Counted from the first letter of the stretch, positions 7,716-24,000 are shown. The stretch is 24,000 nt of DNA from Aeromonas sp. 164P (GCA_051919905.1 JBQBDV010000001.1:2660339-2684338), one strand, 5' to 3'. The notes: generated from the sequence alone by a model not told the origin. Numbers and translations are program-made.

Positions 7716-7971
7716 TGGGTGGTCCTGTCGTTTCTGGCAGGCCGTTCACATACACCCTTTCTCCCGGGGCTGGCCGTCACTGTGGCTGGCCTGCACTCGT
7801 GTCGACTAGCTGCCAGCACCGCACCCACTTGGTACCTGCCTGAACAAAAGCCATTCCGAGCTTGTGGAGGCGGACCGGATCGGGTATTTCTCTCTGGACA
7901 GGGAGGCGAGCGGCACGGTTCTCCTGCCGGATGTCCATCGCCGCAACAAGCGACAAGATGCAGGAGCAAAT

Positions 7972-8628
7972 ATGAAGAGAGTGTTGATGGTGGCCATGGC
8001 GGCGGCGCTGCTGGGTGGCTGCGCGGTCAAGAATCAGCTATCCCACAGCTTGCAGGCGATCCCGCTAACGGCCTTCCAGCCGAACGAGAGCAACCCCAAC
8101 CAGCGCGTCTACAAGGAGCCGGGCGTTGACCTGCGCCAATACAATGAGGTGCTTCTCGATCCGCTGCAGTTTATCCGGCAGGAGAATGGCCAGTGGTATC
8201 TGCTGACCGCCAACGAACAGAACCAGATTGGCCGCTACTACCACGACAAATTCCAGAGCGAGCTGATCAAGCAGGGCGTCAAGATCGCCACCGCCCCCGG
8301 CCCTAGGGTCATGCAGATCCAGGCCGCCGTCACCAACTTCGATCTGACCCGTCCAGATCCCAAACTGCGTGACCTGCTGCCGACCAAGATCGCCATCAAC
8401 GTCACCCGCGAAGTGATCGGCAAGGAGCCCTACCTGCTCAAGGTGGGCAGCATGGCCCAGCTGCTAGACTCCCAAAGCGGCAAGCTGCTGGTGCGGGTGA
8501 TGGATGCCCGCGAAAGCCCGGACACCACCCACAAGGATGAGCCCATCACCGCCGAGGAGATGGAGAAGATGATCGACCAGTGGGCGGCCAACCGTGCCAA
8601 ACAGCTGGCGGACAATCTGGGGCGCTGA
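7972..8628 (+). CDS. Lipoprotein, DUF3313-like
   Basis: ATG 7972 follows a caggag RBS. Lipobox: MKRVLMVAMAAALLGGC. The pattern ...VYKEPGVDLRQYNEVLLDPLQF...YYHDKFQSELIKQGVKIATAPGPRVMQIQAAVTNFD resembles DUF3313 family proteins as I recall them. The track ORF start at 7864 is an upstream extension. Confidence 0.7.
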   Translation: MKRVLMVAMAAALLGGCAVKNQLSHSLQAIPLTAFQPNESNPNQRVYKEPGVDLRQYNEVLLDPLQFIRQENGQWYLLTANEQNQIGRYYHDKFQSELIKQGVKIATAPGPRVMQIQAAVTNFDLTRPDPKLRDLLPTKIAINVTREVIGKEPYLLKVGSMAQLLDSQSGKLLVRVMDARESPDTTHKDEPITAEEMEKMIDQWAANRAKQLADNLGR

Positions 8629-8728
8629 TCGATTGGCGCGTCCAAGCGGGGCGCAGCCGGAGCCTTTTTGGCTGCAATAATGGCAAGATGTTGATAGAGT
8701 GGTCGTTTTTTAGACAGGGGGAAATAAT

Positions 8729-9130
8729 ATGAAACGTGTGCTGTTACCCATCCTGGTTGCTGGCCTGTTGAGCGCCTGCAGTACTTCATCACCCGCGCCG
8801 GAGTGTGCGCCGATGGCTGGGGGCTGGCAGAGTCAGCCGTTACCCAATGCGGAAGGGGAGGCTGCGCTGGCCAGCGTGTTGGCCCGCATGAACACGGTCG
8901 CCAAACTGCAGAGCATCCGCGAGGTGCGCAGCCAGGTGGTCTCCGGGGTCAACTACGACATCGAGTTCCAGCTCGACAACGGAGAGGTGTGGAACACCCG
9001 TGTCTATCAGGATCTTGCCGGCAACTACCAGATGACCCGCCCGGCTGCACAGGGCGAGCTTCCCCCCTGCCTTGCGTCAAGGCCAAGTAATTCCTGCTTG
9101 TTGAGCCCCTCGTCAGAGGGGCTCATCTGA
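8729..9130 (+). CDS. Lipoprotein with a cystatin-like domain (QVVSG motif)
   Basis: Lipobox: MKRVLLPILVAGLLSAC. SQVVSGVNYDIEFQL closely resembles the cystatin first-hairpin motif (human cystatin C QIVAGVNYFLDVEL; chicken cystatin QLVSGIKY). An N-terminal GG and a later VW (GEVWNT) sit where cystatins have G and PW. The stop lies inside a hairpin (gagcccctc/gaggggctc, 9103-9124). Confidence 0.7.
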   Translation: MKRVLLPILVAGLLSACSTSSPAPECAPMAGGWQSQPLPNAEGEAALASVLARMNTVAKLQSIREVRSQVVSGVNYDIEFQLDNGEVWNTRVYQDLAGNYQMTRPAAQGELPPCLASRPSNSCLLSPSSEGLI

Positions 9131-9216
9131 CCAGAAAATTTCTGCTTTTCCCCCCGCATTCTGACAGTCAGGATGACCCTTCTCGTGACCGCATCCTCAT
9201 AGAATAAGGAACCACC

Positions 9217-9729
9217 ATGACCCGCCACCCCTGCATCAAACACTGGAGCGAGCTGCAAGAGCAGACACCGCGCTACTACCGTGGCAGTCAGGAGCCGCTC
9301 TCCCGCGGCTGCGCCCTCGGCAAGCACTTCGGCTTTAGCCGCATCGGCATTCACCACGAGATCGTCGAGCCTGGTCACCGCACCAGCTGGCCCCACGCCG
9401 AAAAGACCGAGGACGAGTTTGTCCACGTGCTGGAAGGAACCCCCGACGTCTGGCTCGATGGCGTGCTCTATCGGCTGCAACCGGGGGATTCGGTGGGTTT
9501 CAAGGCCGGTGACGGACTGGCCCACGCCTTTATCAACAACACCGACGAGACTGTCCGGCTGCTCTGCATTGGCGATACCGATCGGGAGGACAATCGCATC
9601 CACTACGCCGTGCATCCCGAGCGCAATATCACCCTCGGCAAGCTGCACTGGGACGATGTGCCCGAGCGTGAGCTGGGGGATCACGACGGCCTGCCCGACC
9701 GGCTGCGCGAGCGCAATGGCCCCTTCTAG
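9217..9729 (+). CDS. Cupin-domain protein
   Basis: aaggaa RBS. Cupin motifs: GIHHEIVEPGHRTSWPHAEKTEDEFVHVLEG...LQPGDSVGFKAGDGLAHAFIN. Confidence 0.8.
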   Translation: MTRHPCIKHWSELQEQTPRYYRGSQEPLSRGCALGKHFGFSRIGIHHEIVEPGHRTSWPHAEKTEDEFVHVLEGTPDVWLDGVLYRLQPGDSVGFKAGDGLAHAFINNTDETVRLLCIGDTDREDNRIHYAVHPERNITLGKLHWDDVPERELGDHDGLPDRLRERNGPF

Positions 9730-9770
9730 GGTGGAGCCTTTCTGCGCACCAGCCCAGTACCACCCGATAT

Positions 9771-9796
9771 AAAAAAGCCTGCCGCTTGGCAGGCTG
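9771..9796 (-). terminator. Rho-independent terminator of the DUF1993 gene
   Basis: agcctgcc-gctt-ggcaggct stem-loop. The aaaaaa on the plus strand reads as a T-run after the hairpin on the minus strand. Confidence 0.7.
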
Positions 9797-9830
9797 TTGC
9801 TATCTGTTTGCCGCCTGTGGCGTGCGGCGC

Positions 9831-10331
9831 TTATTGCAGGTTGAGCCCGCCCAGATAGTCGCGCTTGCCGAGATCGACCCCGGCGCGGCGCAGCAGGGCG
9901 TAGGTCATGGTGAGGTGGAAGTAGAAGTTGGGAATACCGTACTCGTGGACGCAGGTATGGCCATCCATCCCCTTGCCGCCCGCCCAGTGGGGCACGTAGC
10001 GGCCGCTGGCATACTGGCTGTAGTCCGCGTCCAGTTTGCCCTGCAGATAGCTGATGGTCTTGCCGATATGAACGCGCAGATCGGCGATGGTTTTGGGATC
10101 ATCGTCCATGGCCGGCAGTTCGCTGTGGCTGGCAGTGGCGACCACGGCGCGGGCCGAGTCGCAGCAGATCAACACCTGCTTGGACAGCGGCAGCATATCG
10201 ACGATCAGCCGCTCACCGAAGAAGTTCTCCACGTTGAACGGCTTCGCTGCGGCGTGGGCTTTGGCCTTGGCCAGGCAGTGGTCGAGGTTGGTCAGCATCT
10301 TGATAAACTGGGCGGTGATATCGCGATTCAT
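9831..10331 (-). CDS. DUF1993 (DinB-like fold) protein
   Basis: The start at 10331 (MNRDITAQFIKML...) is preceded by a ggagag RBS. The C-terminal IPNFYFHLTMTYALLRRAGVDLGKRDYLG is the family hallmark as I recall it. The track ORF extends spuriously to 10544. Confidence 0.75.
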   Translation of the reverse strand: MNRDITAQFIKMLTNLDHCLAKAKAHAAAKPFNVENFFGERLIVDMLPLSKQVLICCDSARAVVATASHSELPAMDDDPKTIADLRVHIGKTISYLQGKLDADYSQYASGRYVPHWAGGKGMDGHTCVHEYGIPNFYFHLTMTYALLRRAGVDLGKRDYLGGLNLQ

Positions 10332-10536
10332 GAGCACTCTCCATCTTGTTGAAACAGTGGCCCGCTTGCGCGGCCACGGTGAATGAGACTGGCTAATCGA
10401 CCACCAATATACCCCAACCGCTGCCGGGTTCGAGCCCGTGGTGACAGAAAGAGCGGGGCAGCACCACTGCGCGCGATAGCCGCTGGCCATACTCGCTGTT
10501 TCGCCCTGTGAGCCCCTCTCTGCCCTTTTTTTGAAC

Positions 10537-10552
10537 TGTGACATAAATCACA
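10537..10552. promoter_or_regulatory. CRP (cAMP receptor protein) binding site
   Basis: tgtga-cataaa-tcaca is a perfect match to both half-sites of TGTGA-N6-TCACA. It sits in the divergent intergenic region between the DUF1993 gene and the family-3 binding-protein gene. Confidence 0.6.
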
Positions 10553-10694
10553 TTTTCTCAGGGACTTAGGCATGAAATAGCTGGCAGTTTAAAAGAGTTT
10601 ATGTCCCAAATTTAGCTGCCAACGTAGTATCAGTTCAGGCTCACGCCGTTACTGGTTGGTTGATTACGCCATGGATTGGGATAAGGCTGACAGC

Positions 10695-11495
10695 ATGAAT
10701 ATTGATGGCTGGTGTTACCGCTGGTTACTCCTCCTGACAACCGGGCTCTCTGCTTCCGTTGCCGGCTATTCACCGGATCTACTGCCGATCGTGACTACCC
10801 CCTTCCCGCCCTATCAGATGGAGATAAAGGGGCAAGCGGCAGGCATCTCCACCGAGATCGTCCAGGCTATTATGGCCGAGGCTGATATCAACTATCGCAT
10901 TCGCTTCTATCCTTGGAACCGTGCCTATCTGCTGGCCCAACAACCGACCCCTACTCTGATCTACAATCTCAGCCGCACCAAGGCGCGAGAGACCCAGTTT
11001 CAGTGGGTCGGCGCCATCACCCCCAATATTGTCTACTTGTGGCGTCGTGCGGATCGTAAGGATATTCAGCTCAAGCACCTTGCCGACGCAGCCCGCTACC
11101 GGATCGGCGTGGTCAAAAACGATGTCAAGCGCAGCTACTTGCTCGAGCAGCAGATCCCGGATAGCCAGTTGCCCATGGTGTCCAGAGATGAACAGAATGT
11201 GCAAAAACTGATGCGGGGCGCGCATCTGATGCCTTACGACGAAGGTGCCTTGACCTACCACCTCAATGAACTTGGTTATCAGAGGGAAGAGGCCAGCAAG
11301 GCGTTCTGGCGAAGGTGCCTGGCTGCCAGCCTACCCCCCCGGCACACGCCTGCAATTGGGCTCAATGATCCTGGCGCGTTACCATTTGGTTGCTATCAAG
11401 AAAAATTAGGGTTCCATCTTTCTGAGCAAGTCGTTGGGCTGCCAACACCCAAACTGGTGTTGTGCCAGCAATCTGGCGCTTCAACCGCCGCCTGA
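10695..11495 (+). CDS. Family-3 (amino-acid/polar type) periplasmic substrate-binding-like protein, orphan
   Basis: N-terminal hydrophobic signal (WLLLLTTGLSASVAG). Typical SBP_bac_3-like blocks: TTPFPPYQ, GISTEIVQAIMAEADINYRIRFYPWNRAY, LIYNLSRTKARETQFQWVG. The start is uncertain (ATG 10695 or 10671, TTG 10656). The C-terminal tail is unusually long. Confidence 0.6.
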   Translation: MNIDGWCYRWLLLLTTGLSASVAGYSPDLLPIVTTPFPPYQMEIKGQAAGISTEIVQAIMAEADINYRIRFYPWNRAYLLAQQPTPTLIYNLSRTKARETQFQWVGAITPNIVYLWRRADRKDIQLKHLADAARYRIGVVKNDVKRSYLLEQQIPDSQLPMVSRDEQNVQKLMRGAHLMPYDEGALTYHLNELGYQREEASKAFWRRCLAASLPPRHTPAIGLNDPGALPFGCYQEKLGFHLSEQVVGLPTPKLVLCQQSGASTAA

Positions 11496-11538
11496 AGACC
11501 GCCTTGTCCTCTGATCCTGGTGAACTCTATCTGGCTGC

Positions 11539-12771
<1,233 letters not shown>

Positions 12772-12772
12772 T

Positions 12773-12790
12773 TTTAGTAAAACGTTCTGC
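12773..12790. promoter_or_regulatory. Candidate EbgR operator O2, 2 nt after the ebgR stop
   Basis: tttagtaaaacgttctgc contains the AAACGTT core typical of LacI-family operators and is an imperfect palindrome about its CG centre. Confidence 0.4.
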
Positions 12791-13033
12791 TTTTTAGTTG
12801 CACCATCTTGCGGTGGTGCGACACCTCTCCCAAGCAAACCTCTTTCCCATGCCATTCTGTGTCGTTATATGTAATTGTTTTATAATTGATTCTATTGCAT
12901 TCTAGTCTGCTGTTATCAACATCCATGCCACACCTGTCCGCTCTATTCCCTTTTATCCTCCGCTTCTGATCTCGCTCACAAAACCATCCAGCCATTGTGA
13001 TCAGGTTAAAACTTTACCGATCCAAAACTGATA

Positions 13034-13052
13034 TTTAGTAAATGTTTATCTA
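13034..13052. promoter_or_regulatory. Candidate EbgR operator O3, about 40 nt upstream of the ebgA start
   Basis: tttagtaaatgtttatcta has a near-palindromic taaatgttta core. It lies in the AT-rich ebgA promoter region. Confidence 0.4.
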
Positions 13053-13068
13053 GAGTTTACCCAGTTAA

Positions 13069-16619
<3,551 letters not shown>

Positions 16620-16701
16620 CAAGCAGCCGGTTCTGCACTGACTGAAGCCGGAAGGGCGGGGCTCACCCTACAAATCATGCCCCGCCCTTTCACGGTAATA
16701 A

Positions 16702-18583
<1,882 letters not shown>

Positions 18584-18665
18584 ACGGTATCGCGAGCCGG
18601 TGCGGGATACGGCACCGGTTCACCAACGAGGCCGTCCACGCGGCCCGATCATAACAAGAGAGTAA

Positions 18666-20195
<1,530 letters not shown>

Positions 20196-20214
20196 TCGGC
20201 TGGGGGAAAAGCGG

Positions 20215-20243
20215 AACGGGCGGCTTGGGTCGCCCGTTTTTTT
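20215..20243 (+). terminator. Rho-independent terminator ending the ebg-ygjI cluster
   Basis: aacgggcg-gcttgggt-cgcccgtt followed by ttttttt. Confidence 0.8.
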
Positions 20244-20487
20244 ATCCATTTAGCCCAGGTTTGGCGCTATCTGGCCGCGGGTCAGCAACTTCCGCTATTC
20301 GACAAAGCAAAGGCGTTAAGCATTGATGAACAATTAACCGCTGCACAACGTTGCGCCTCTCCGTTATCGGGGTAAGCTGGAGGTTCGTTTTAGCGGGAGG
20401 TGCCAGACATCTCCCGCTCTGTTTCTTGTCCTCCCCAATCCTGACTGCCGTCACGGCAGCAGGATGCCCTTCTGATGGAGACCTTTC

Positions 20488-21438
20488 GTGCGTCTGGATC
20501 CCTTTACTGTTGTGCTGATTGCGGTGGTCACCCTGGCCTCCCTCTTTCCCTGCGAGGGGCAGGTGGCCGTCTGGTTCGGTCTGCTGACCAAGCTGGCGGT
20601 GGCGCTCTTGTTCTTCATGCATGGCGCCAAGCTGTCGCGCCAGAACCTGTTGGCGGGCCTCGGTCACTGGCGGCTTCATCTGGTGGTGATGCTCAGCACC
20701 TTCGTGCTCTTTCCGCTGCTCGGGCTGCTGCTCACCCCGCTGGTGCCGAGCTGGCTGAGCCCGGCTATCTACCTCGGCTTCCTCTATCTCTGCGCTCTGC
20801 CAGCCACCGTGCAATCGGCCATCGCCTTCACCTCGATGGCAGGGGGCAATGTGTCGGCGGCGGTGTGCAGCGCCTCGGCCTCCAGCATCCTCGGCATCTT
20901 CCTCTCGCCGGTGCTGGTGGGAATGATGATCCACGTGCAGGGGGAGGGGATCGACACCTGGCACTCCATCCAGTCCATCATGATGCAGCTGATGCTGCCG
21001 TTCGTGGTGGGCCACCTGTCGCGCCCGCTCATCGGTCGCTGGGTCGATAGCCATCGCCCGCTCATCGGCAAGCTGGATCAGAGCTCCATTCTGCTGGTGG
21101 TCTACGTCGCCTTCAGCGAGGCGGTGGTGCAGGGGATTTGGCATCAAGTAGGCTGGTACGATCTGGCCAGTATCGTGCTACTGAGCTGCATCTTGCTGGC
21201 GCTGGTGCTCTGCTGGAACGTCTGGATCAGCCGCCGCCTCGGCTTCGACAAGGCGGACGAGATCACCATCGTCTTCTGCGGCTCCAAGAAGAGTCTGGCC
21301 AACGGGGTGCCGATGGCCAACGTCATGTTCCCGGCCGCCAGCGTCGGGGTGATGGTGCTGCCGCTGATGATCTTCCACCAGATCCAGCTGATGGTCTGCG
21401 CCGTGCTGGCCCGCCGCTATCACGAGCAGGGGCATTGA
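20488..21438 (+). CDS. yfeH: Bile acid:Na+ symporter (BASS) family transporter, YfeH-like
   Basis: GTG start. LDPFTVVLIAVVTLASLFP...LLFFMHGAKLSRQNLLAGLGHWRLHL...FLYLCALPATVQSAIAFTSMAGGNVSAAVCSASASSILGIFLSP...ADEITIVFCGSKKSLANGVPMANVMFP...MVLPLMIFHQIQLMVCAVLARRY tracks E. coli YfeH almost block for block as I recall it. Confidence 0.85.
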   Translation: MRLDPFTVVLIAVVTLASLFPCEGQVAVWFGLLTKLAVALLFFMHGAKLSRQNLLAGLGHWRLHLVVMLSTFVLFPLLGLLLTPLVPSWLSPAIYLGFLYLCALPATVQSAIAFTSMAGGNVSAAVCSASASSILGIFLSPVLVGMMIHVQGEGIDTWHSIQSIMMQLMLPFVVGHLSRPLIGRWVDSHRPLIGKLDQSSILLVVYVAFSEAVVQGIWHQVGWYDLASIVLLSCILLALVLCWNVWISRRLGFDKADEITIVFCGSKKSLANGVPMANVMFPAASVGVMVLPLMIFHQIQLMVCAVLARRYHEQGH

Positions 21439-21465
21439 TACTCGCGCCGTTTTTATTGCCATAAC

Positions 21466-21491
21466 AAGAGGGAGGCCCGTTGGCCTCCCTC
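21466..21491. terminator. GC-rich hairpin between the convergent yfeH and ovoA genes; probably a bidirectional terminator
   Basis: agagggaggcc-cgtt-ggcctccctct is a perfect 11-bp stem. The flanking T-tracts are weak on both strands. Confidence 0.55.
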
Positions 21492-21517
21492 TTCTCATCT
21501 GCATGCCGATCGGCGGA

Positions 21518-23674
21518 TTAGCGTTTGCGCCAGACGGTCAGCTGCGCCACCGTGTGCTGGTATTTGCGGGCGGTTTCGCGGATGACTAAGGGCACATCCC
21601 GCGGCGGGCAGTGCTCTTCGAACTCCGCCGCCAGCAGCCGTTGCAGCGCCTGATAGGTGGTGAGCGCCTCGCCGTTTTCGCGAATGCCGCCGAGCCAGTT
21701 GGCGGGCGGGGTATATTCCGCCAGCCAGGTATAGGGGCTGGTGAGCACCAGCAGGCCACCGCTGCGCAGCCGGGGTGCTATGTCCCGCAGGAAGCGGGCG
21801 GGCTCCCGCAGCCGGTCGATGAGGTTGGAGGCGAGCACCAGATCGTAGTGGTCATATTTGGACTTGAGGTTGCAGGCATCCCCCTGACTGAAGTGGATGC
21901 GCTCAGCCTGACTCGCCCCCAGCCCGTGGCTCGACAGGCGCGCCTCGCAATACTCCACCAGTTCACCCTCCAGCGGAATGGCGTAGCGGAAACTGTCCTG
22001 ACTGGCGAGGGCCAGCGCCACATCGATGAAGCGGGCCGAGTAGTCCACCCCGTCCACATGCTGGAAGTGGCGGGCCAGTTCGAAGCTGGCGCGGCCGGTG
22101 GCACAGCCGATATCCAGCGCCCGCTGGTGGTTGCTGCACAGCTCGCCAGCAAGATCAGCAAGCGTCTTGGCGTAGTTGGCTACCCCGAAGTGGCTCGGGC
22201 CGTACTGGAAGTCGAGATATTGAGCGACCAGCGTGTCGGTTTCATAGGGATTCACGATAACGGGTTCCTGATAACGGGAGACCAGATAGCGGAAACCCGC
22301 ATGCTGGAAGAAGTGACGCCGAAAGGCGTAACGGGATGATTTGAGCGCTTCGTTACCCGTGCTGATCCAGCTGCCCCCCTTGATCAGGGTGTGCTTGCCA
22401 TCAAAGGTGGGGGTGGAGAAGTCGTCGTAGAGCGGGTGGATTTTAAAGCCGTCGAAGCCATCGATGGCGGTGCTGGTCCACTGCCAGACATTGCCCACCA
22501 GATCGAAGAACTCCCCTTGCGGGCAGGCATCCACCGGGCAGGAGGAGGCAAAACGGGCCAGATTGATATTGCCGGGGGCCTGTGTCCAGTCCGGCTGATC
22601 GCCGGGTAGCTGCTCGCGCAACAGCATCCACTCCGCCTCGCTCGGCAGCTGGATGGGAAGTCCGGTCCGAGCCGCCTTCCAGCGGCAGAAGGCAGCAGCC
22701 TCCAGCTGGTTGACCTCCACCGGCCAGTCCCATGGCATGGCGACCTGCTCGGTCATCAGCCGCAGCTGCAACTGCCCGGGTTCGGCGGGGTCGCCGACCC
22801 AGAAGGTGGGCATCTGCGCCTTGGCGTACTGGCACCAGCCCCATCCCTCCTCATCCCACCACTGTTGCTGGCCGTAGCCACCCGCCTGTACGAAGGCGAG
22901 GTACTCGGCATTGCTCACCAGCATGCGGCTGGCCTGAAACGGGGCCAGCTTGATATGGCGCTCGCCATATTCGTTGTCCCAGCCGTAGGTGGCGTCCTGC
23001 TTGCCAAGGCGCACCTTGCCGCCTGCCACCGGCAGCAGACTGTTGGCGGGCACCAGATCAATGCGGTGGCGGGTTTCGGTACAGGCGGGCCAATAAGGTT
23101 GCGGCCGCACCCAGGCGAGCGGCAACTGGCGGATCAGCACGCTGGAGGTCTCGAGGTGGATGCGCTCGTGCTCTATCCCCATCAGGATCACCCAGGCCGG
23201 GCTCTGCCAGTCGATGGGCAGGGTGAGCGGCATCTGGCGGATGAAATCGCACACCAGCGAACGGACTTTGGCCCGATAGCTGCGCAGCTCGCTGACCTTG
23301 GGCCAGTCGTAGTGGGTCTCGTCCAGATCGTCCCAGCTCATCTCGTCCACCCCGATGGCGACCATGGCCTCGATGCGGGCATCCAGCCGCTGGTCGATCA
23401 GGCGCGCCGCCAGCAGCTTGTTGATAAAGAAGGCGGCGGTGTGGCCGTAGTAGAAGATGAGCGGGTGGCGCAGCGGGATCGCCTTGTTGAACCAGGCCCG
23501 CTCATCGGCCAGGCAGTCAAATAGCGAGTCGTAGAGCTCGAAGGTACGGGTGAAGTACTCCAGCAGCTCCTGGCGTTTGCATTCTGGATCATCTCCCTGT
23601 AGCCAGGGAGTGCGGGTCGGGTCGGGCAGGCCGGCGTTTTCGGCTGCTAGCGGTTGGGCAAGGGTCACGGGCAC
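21518..23674 (-). CDS. ovoA: 5-histidylcysteine sulfoxide synthase with fused methyltransferase (ovothiol biosynthesis OvoA)
   Basis: 718 aa with three parts. (1) A DinB-like N-domain with an iron-binding-type motif (FYYGHTAAFFINK, MGIEHERIHLETS). (2) An FGE-sulfatase-like domain (GWDNEYG, VSNAEYLAFV, GNVWQWT, GGSWIS). (3) A C-terminal SAM methyltransferase (ALDIGCATGRASFELA). The GTG at 23674 is only 2 nt from aaggag, so the GTG at 23668 may be the true start. Confidence 0.9.
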   Translation of the reverse strand: MPVTLAQPLAAENAGLPDPTRTPWLQGDDPECKRQELLEYFTRTFELYDSLFDCLADERAWFNKAIPLRHPLIFYYGHTAAFFINKLLAARLIDQRLDARIEAMVAIGVDEMSWDDLDETHYDWPKVSELRSYRAKVRSLVCDFIRQMPLTLPIDWQSPAWVILMGIEHERIHLETSSVLIRQLPLAWVRPQPYWPACTETRHRIDLVPANSLLPVAGGKVRLGKQDATYGWDNEYGERHIKLAPFQASRMLVSNAEYLAFVQAGGYGQQQWWDEEGWGWCQYAKAQMPTFWVGDPAEPGQLQLRLMTEQVAMPWDWPVEVNQLEAAAFCRWKAARTGLPIQLPSEAEWMLLREQLPGDQPDWTQAPGNINLARFASSCPVDACPQGEFFDLVGNVWQWTSTAIDGFDGFKIHPLYDDFSTPTFDGKHTLIKGGSWISTGNEALKSSRYAFRRHFFQHAGFRYLVSRYQEPVIVNPYETDTLVAQYLDFQYGPSHFGVANYAKTLADLAGELCSNHQRALDIGCATGRASFELARHFQHVDGVDYSARFIDVALALASQDSFRYAIPLEGELVEYCEARLSSHGLGASQAERIHFSQGDACNLKSKYDHYDLVLASNLIDRLREPARFLRDIAPRLRSGGLLVLTSPYTWLAEYTPPANWLGGIRENGEALTTYQALQRLLAAEFEEHCPPRDVPLVIRETARKYQHTVAQLTVWRKR

Positions 23675-23804
23675 GGCTCCTTATGCGGGGAACGGCGCCA
23701 CTCCATACGACGTGAGTGACAAGGTGGATCGATGATCCATCAGAGGAAGTTAGCCTATCAACGGGACAAGAGGCCAATTCATCGATGAGGACTCGCTATC
23801 ACAC

Positions 23805-24000
23805 CTAGCGCGCATCCTGACCACGACCGTAGACGGTCATGAAGCAGACCGCAACCTTGCTCAGCGCCAGCCAAATCCAGCGCCGATCGCCACCGCGCTG
23901 GTGCCAGGTCTCATCGGCATGGATATGGCTTGCCGACTGCACCTGCTGCTTGATGGTCTGGTGCGTGGGGGTGAGCATGGCGCTCACCCGGCCCTGCGCC
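23805..24000 (-). pseudogene. Truncated DDE transposase fragment (IS66-family-like). It runs off the window and ends prematurely at 23805.
   Basis: The minus-strand frame is open from the window edge: ...AQGRVSAMLTPTHQTIKQQVQSASHIHADETWHQRGGDRRWIWLALSKVAVCFMTVYGRGQDAR*. The hADET.W....G...W.W......v.f.....RG pattern matches the first catalytic-Asp region of IS66-type transposases as I recall it. The remainder of the catalytic domain is missing. Confidence 0.5.

Noticed and set aside
7716-7971. 256-bp GC-rich leader before the DUF3313 lipoprotein gene as a possible riboswitch or sRNA
   Set aside because: It contains some hairpins (for example ggacaggga...ccggatgtcc), but I could match no known riboswitch consensus and saw no terminator or anti-terminator pair.
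7864-7971. N-terminal extensions of track ORFs (7864, 10544, 10656, 11611, 15780, 18149, 3252, 1676)
   Set aside because: In each case an internal start codon with a proper Shine-Dalgarno sequence coincides with the N-terminus expected from homologs or from a signal peptide. The upstream extensions have non-protein-like composition.
10420-10445. tRNA T-arm-like ccgggttcgagcccg
   Set aside because: It has only a 4-bp stem with a 6-nt loop, no acceptor or CCA context, and no other tRNA arms.
11280-11495. Possible frameshift at the C-run (about 11333-11340) giving the family-3 binding protein an aberrant C-terminus
   Set aside because: The annotated frame still shows family-like residues (LAAS..TP, YQEK). 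The alternative frames looked no better. It cannot be decided without an alignment.
12996-13011. CRP half-site tgtga-tcaggt-taaaa upstream of ebgA
   Set aside because: Only the left half-site matches, and the right half matches at 3 of 5 positions. That is too weak to call without a scoring matrix.

Overview
By gene content and GC this looks like an Aeromonas-type gammaproteobacterial chromosome, but that assignment is not verified. The window splits into two parts.

Left part (1-6300): a decayed horizontally acquired region.
- 3' end of a type I restriction-modification methylase gene (hsdM).
- About 650 bp of non-coding sequence.
- A 3' fragment of tRNA-Leu(CAA) with its terminator, read as an island attachment scar.
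- A roughly 60-codon stub of a P4-type integrase.
- A three-gene membrane module: a 4-TM protein, an HlyD-type adaptor, and a DUF2955/FUSC-like inner-membrane protein split by a frameshift at a G6 run.
- A complete IS1182-family element inserted in that module's terminator hairpin. Its transposase carries an in-frame 9-bp x 20 tandem repeat.

Right part (6300-24000): GC-rich.
- Orphan exported proteins: a PotD-like binding protein, a DUF3313-like lipoprotein and a cystatin-motif lipoprotein.
- A cupin protein, a DUF1993 protein and a family-3 binding protein.
- An expanded ebg locus: ebgR, ebgA, ebgC, ygjI, ygjH and a second ygjI paralog.
- A yfeH-type BASS transporter.
- Convergent ovoA, the ovothiol 5-histidylcysteine sulfoxide synthase.
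- A truncated IS66-like transposase remnant at the window edge.

I saw no rRNA, no intact tRNA and no CRISPR array. The best candidates for unexplored biology are the ebg/ygjI/ygjH module and the island-borne HlyD module. All homology calls come from my recall of family sequences and were not database-checked.
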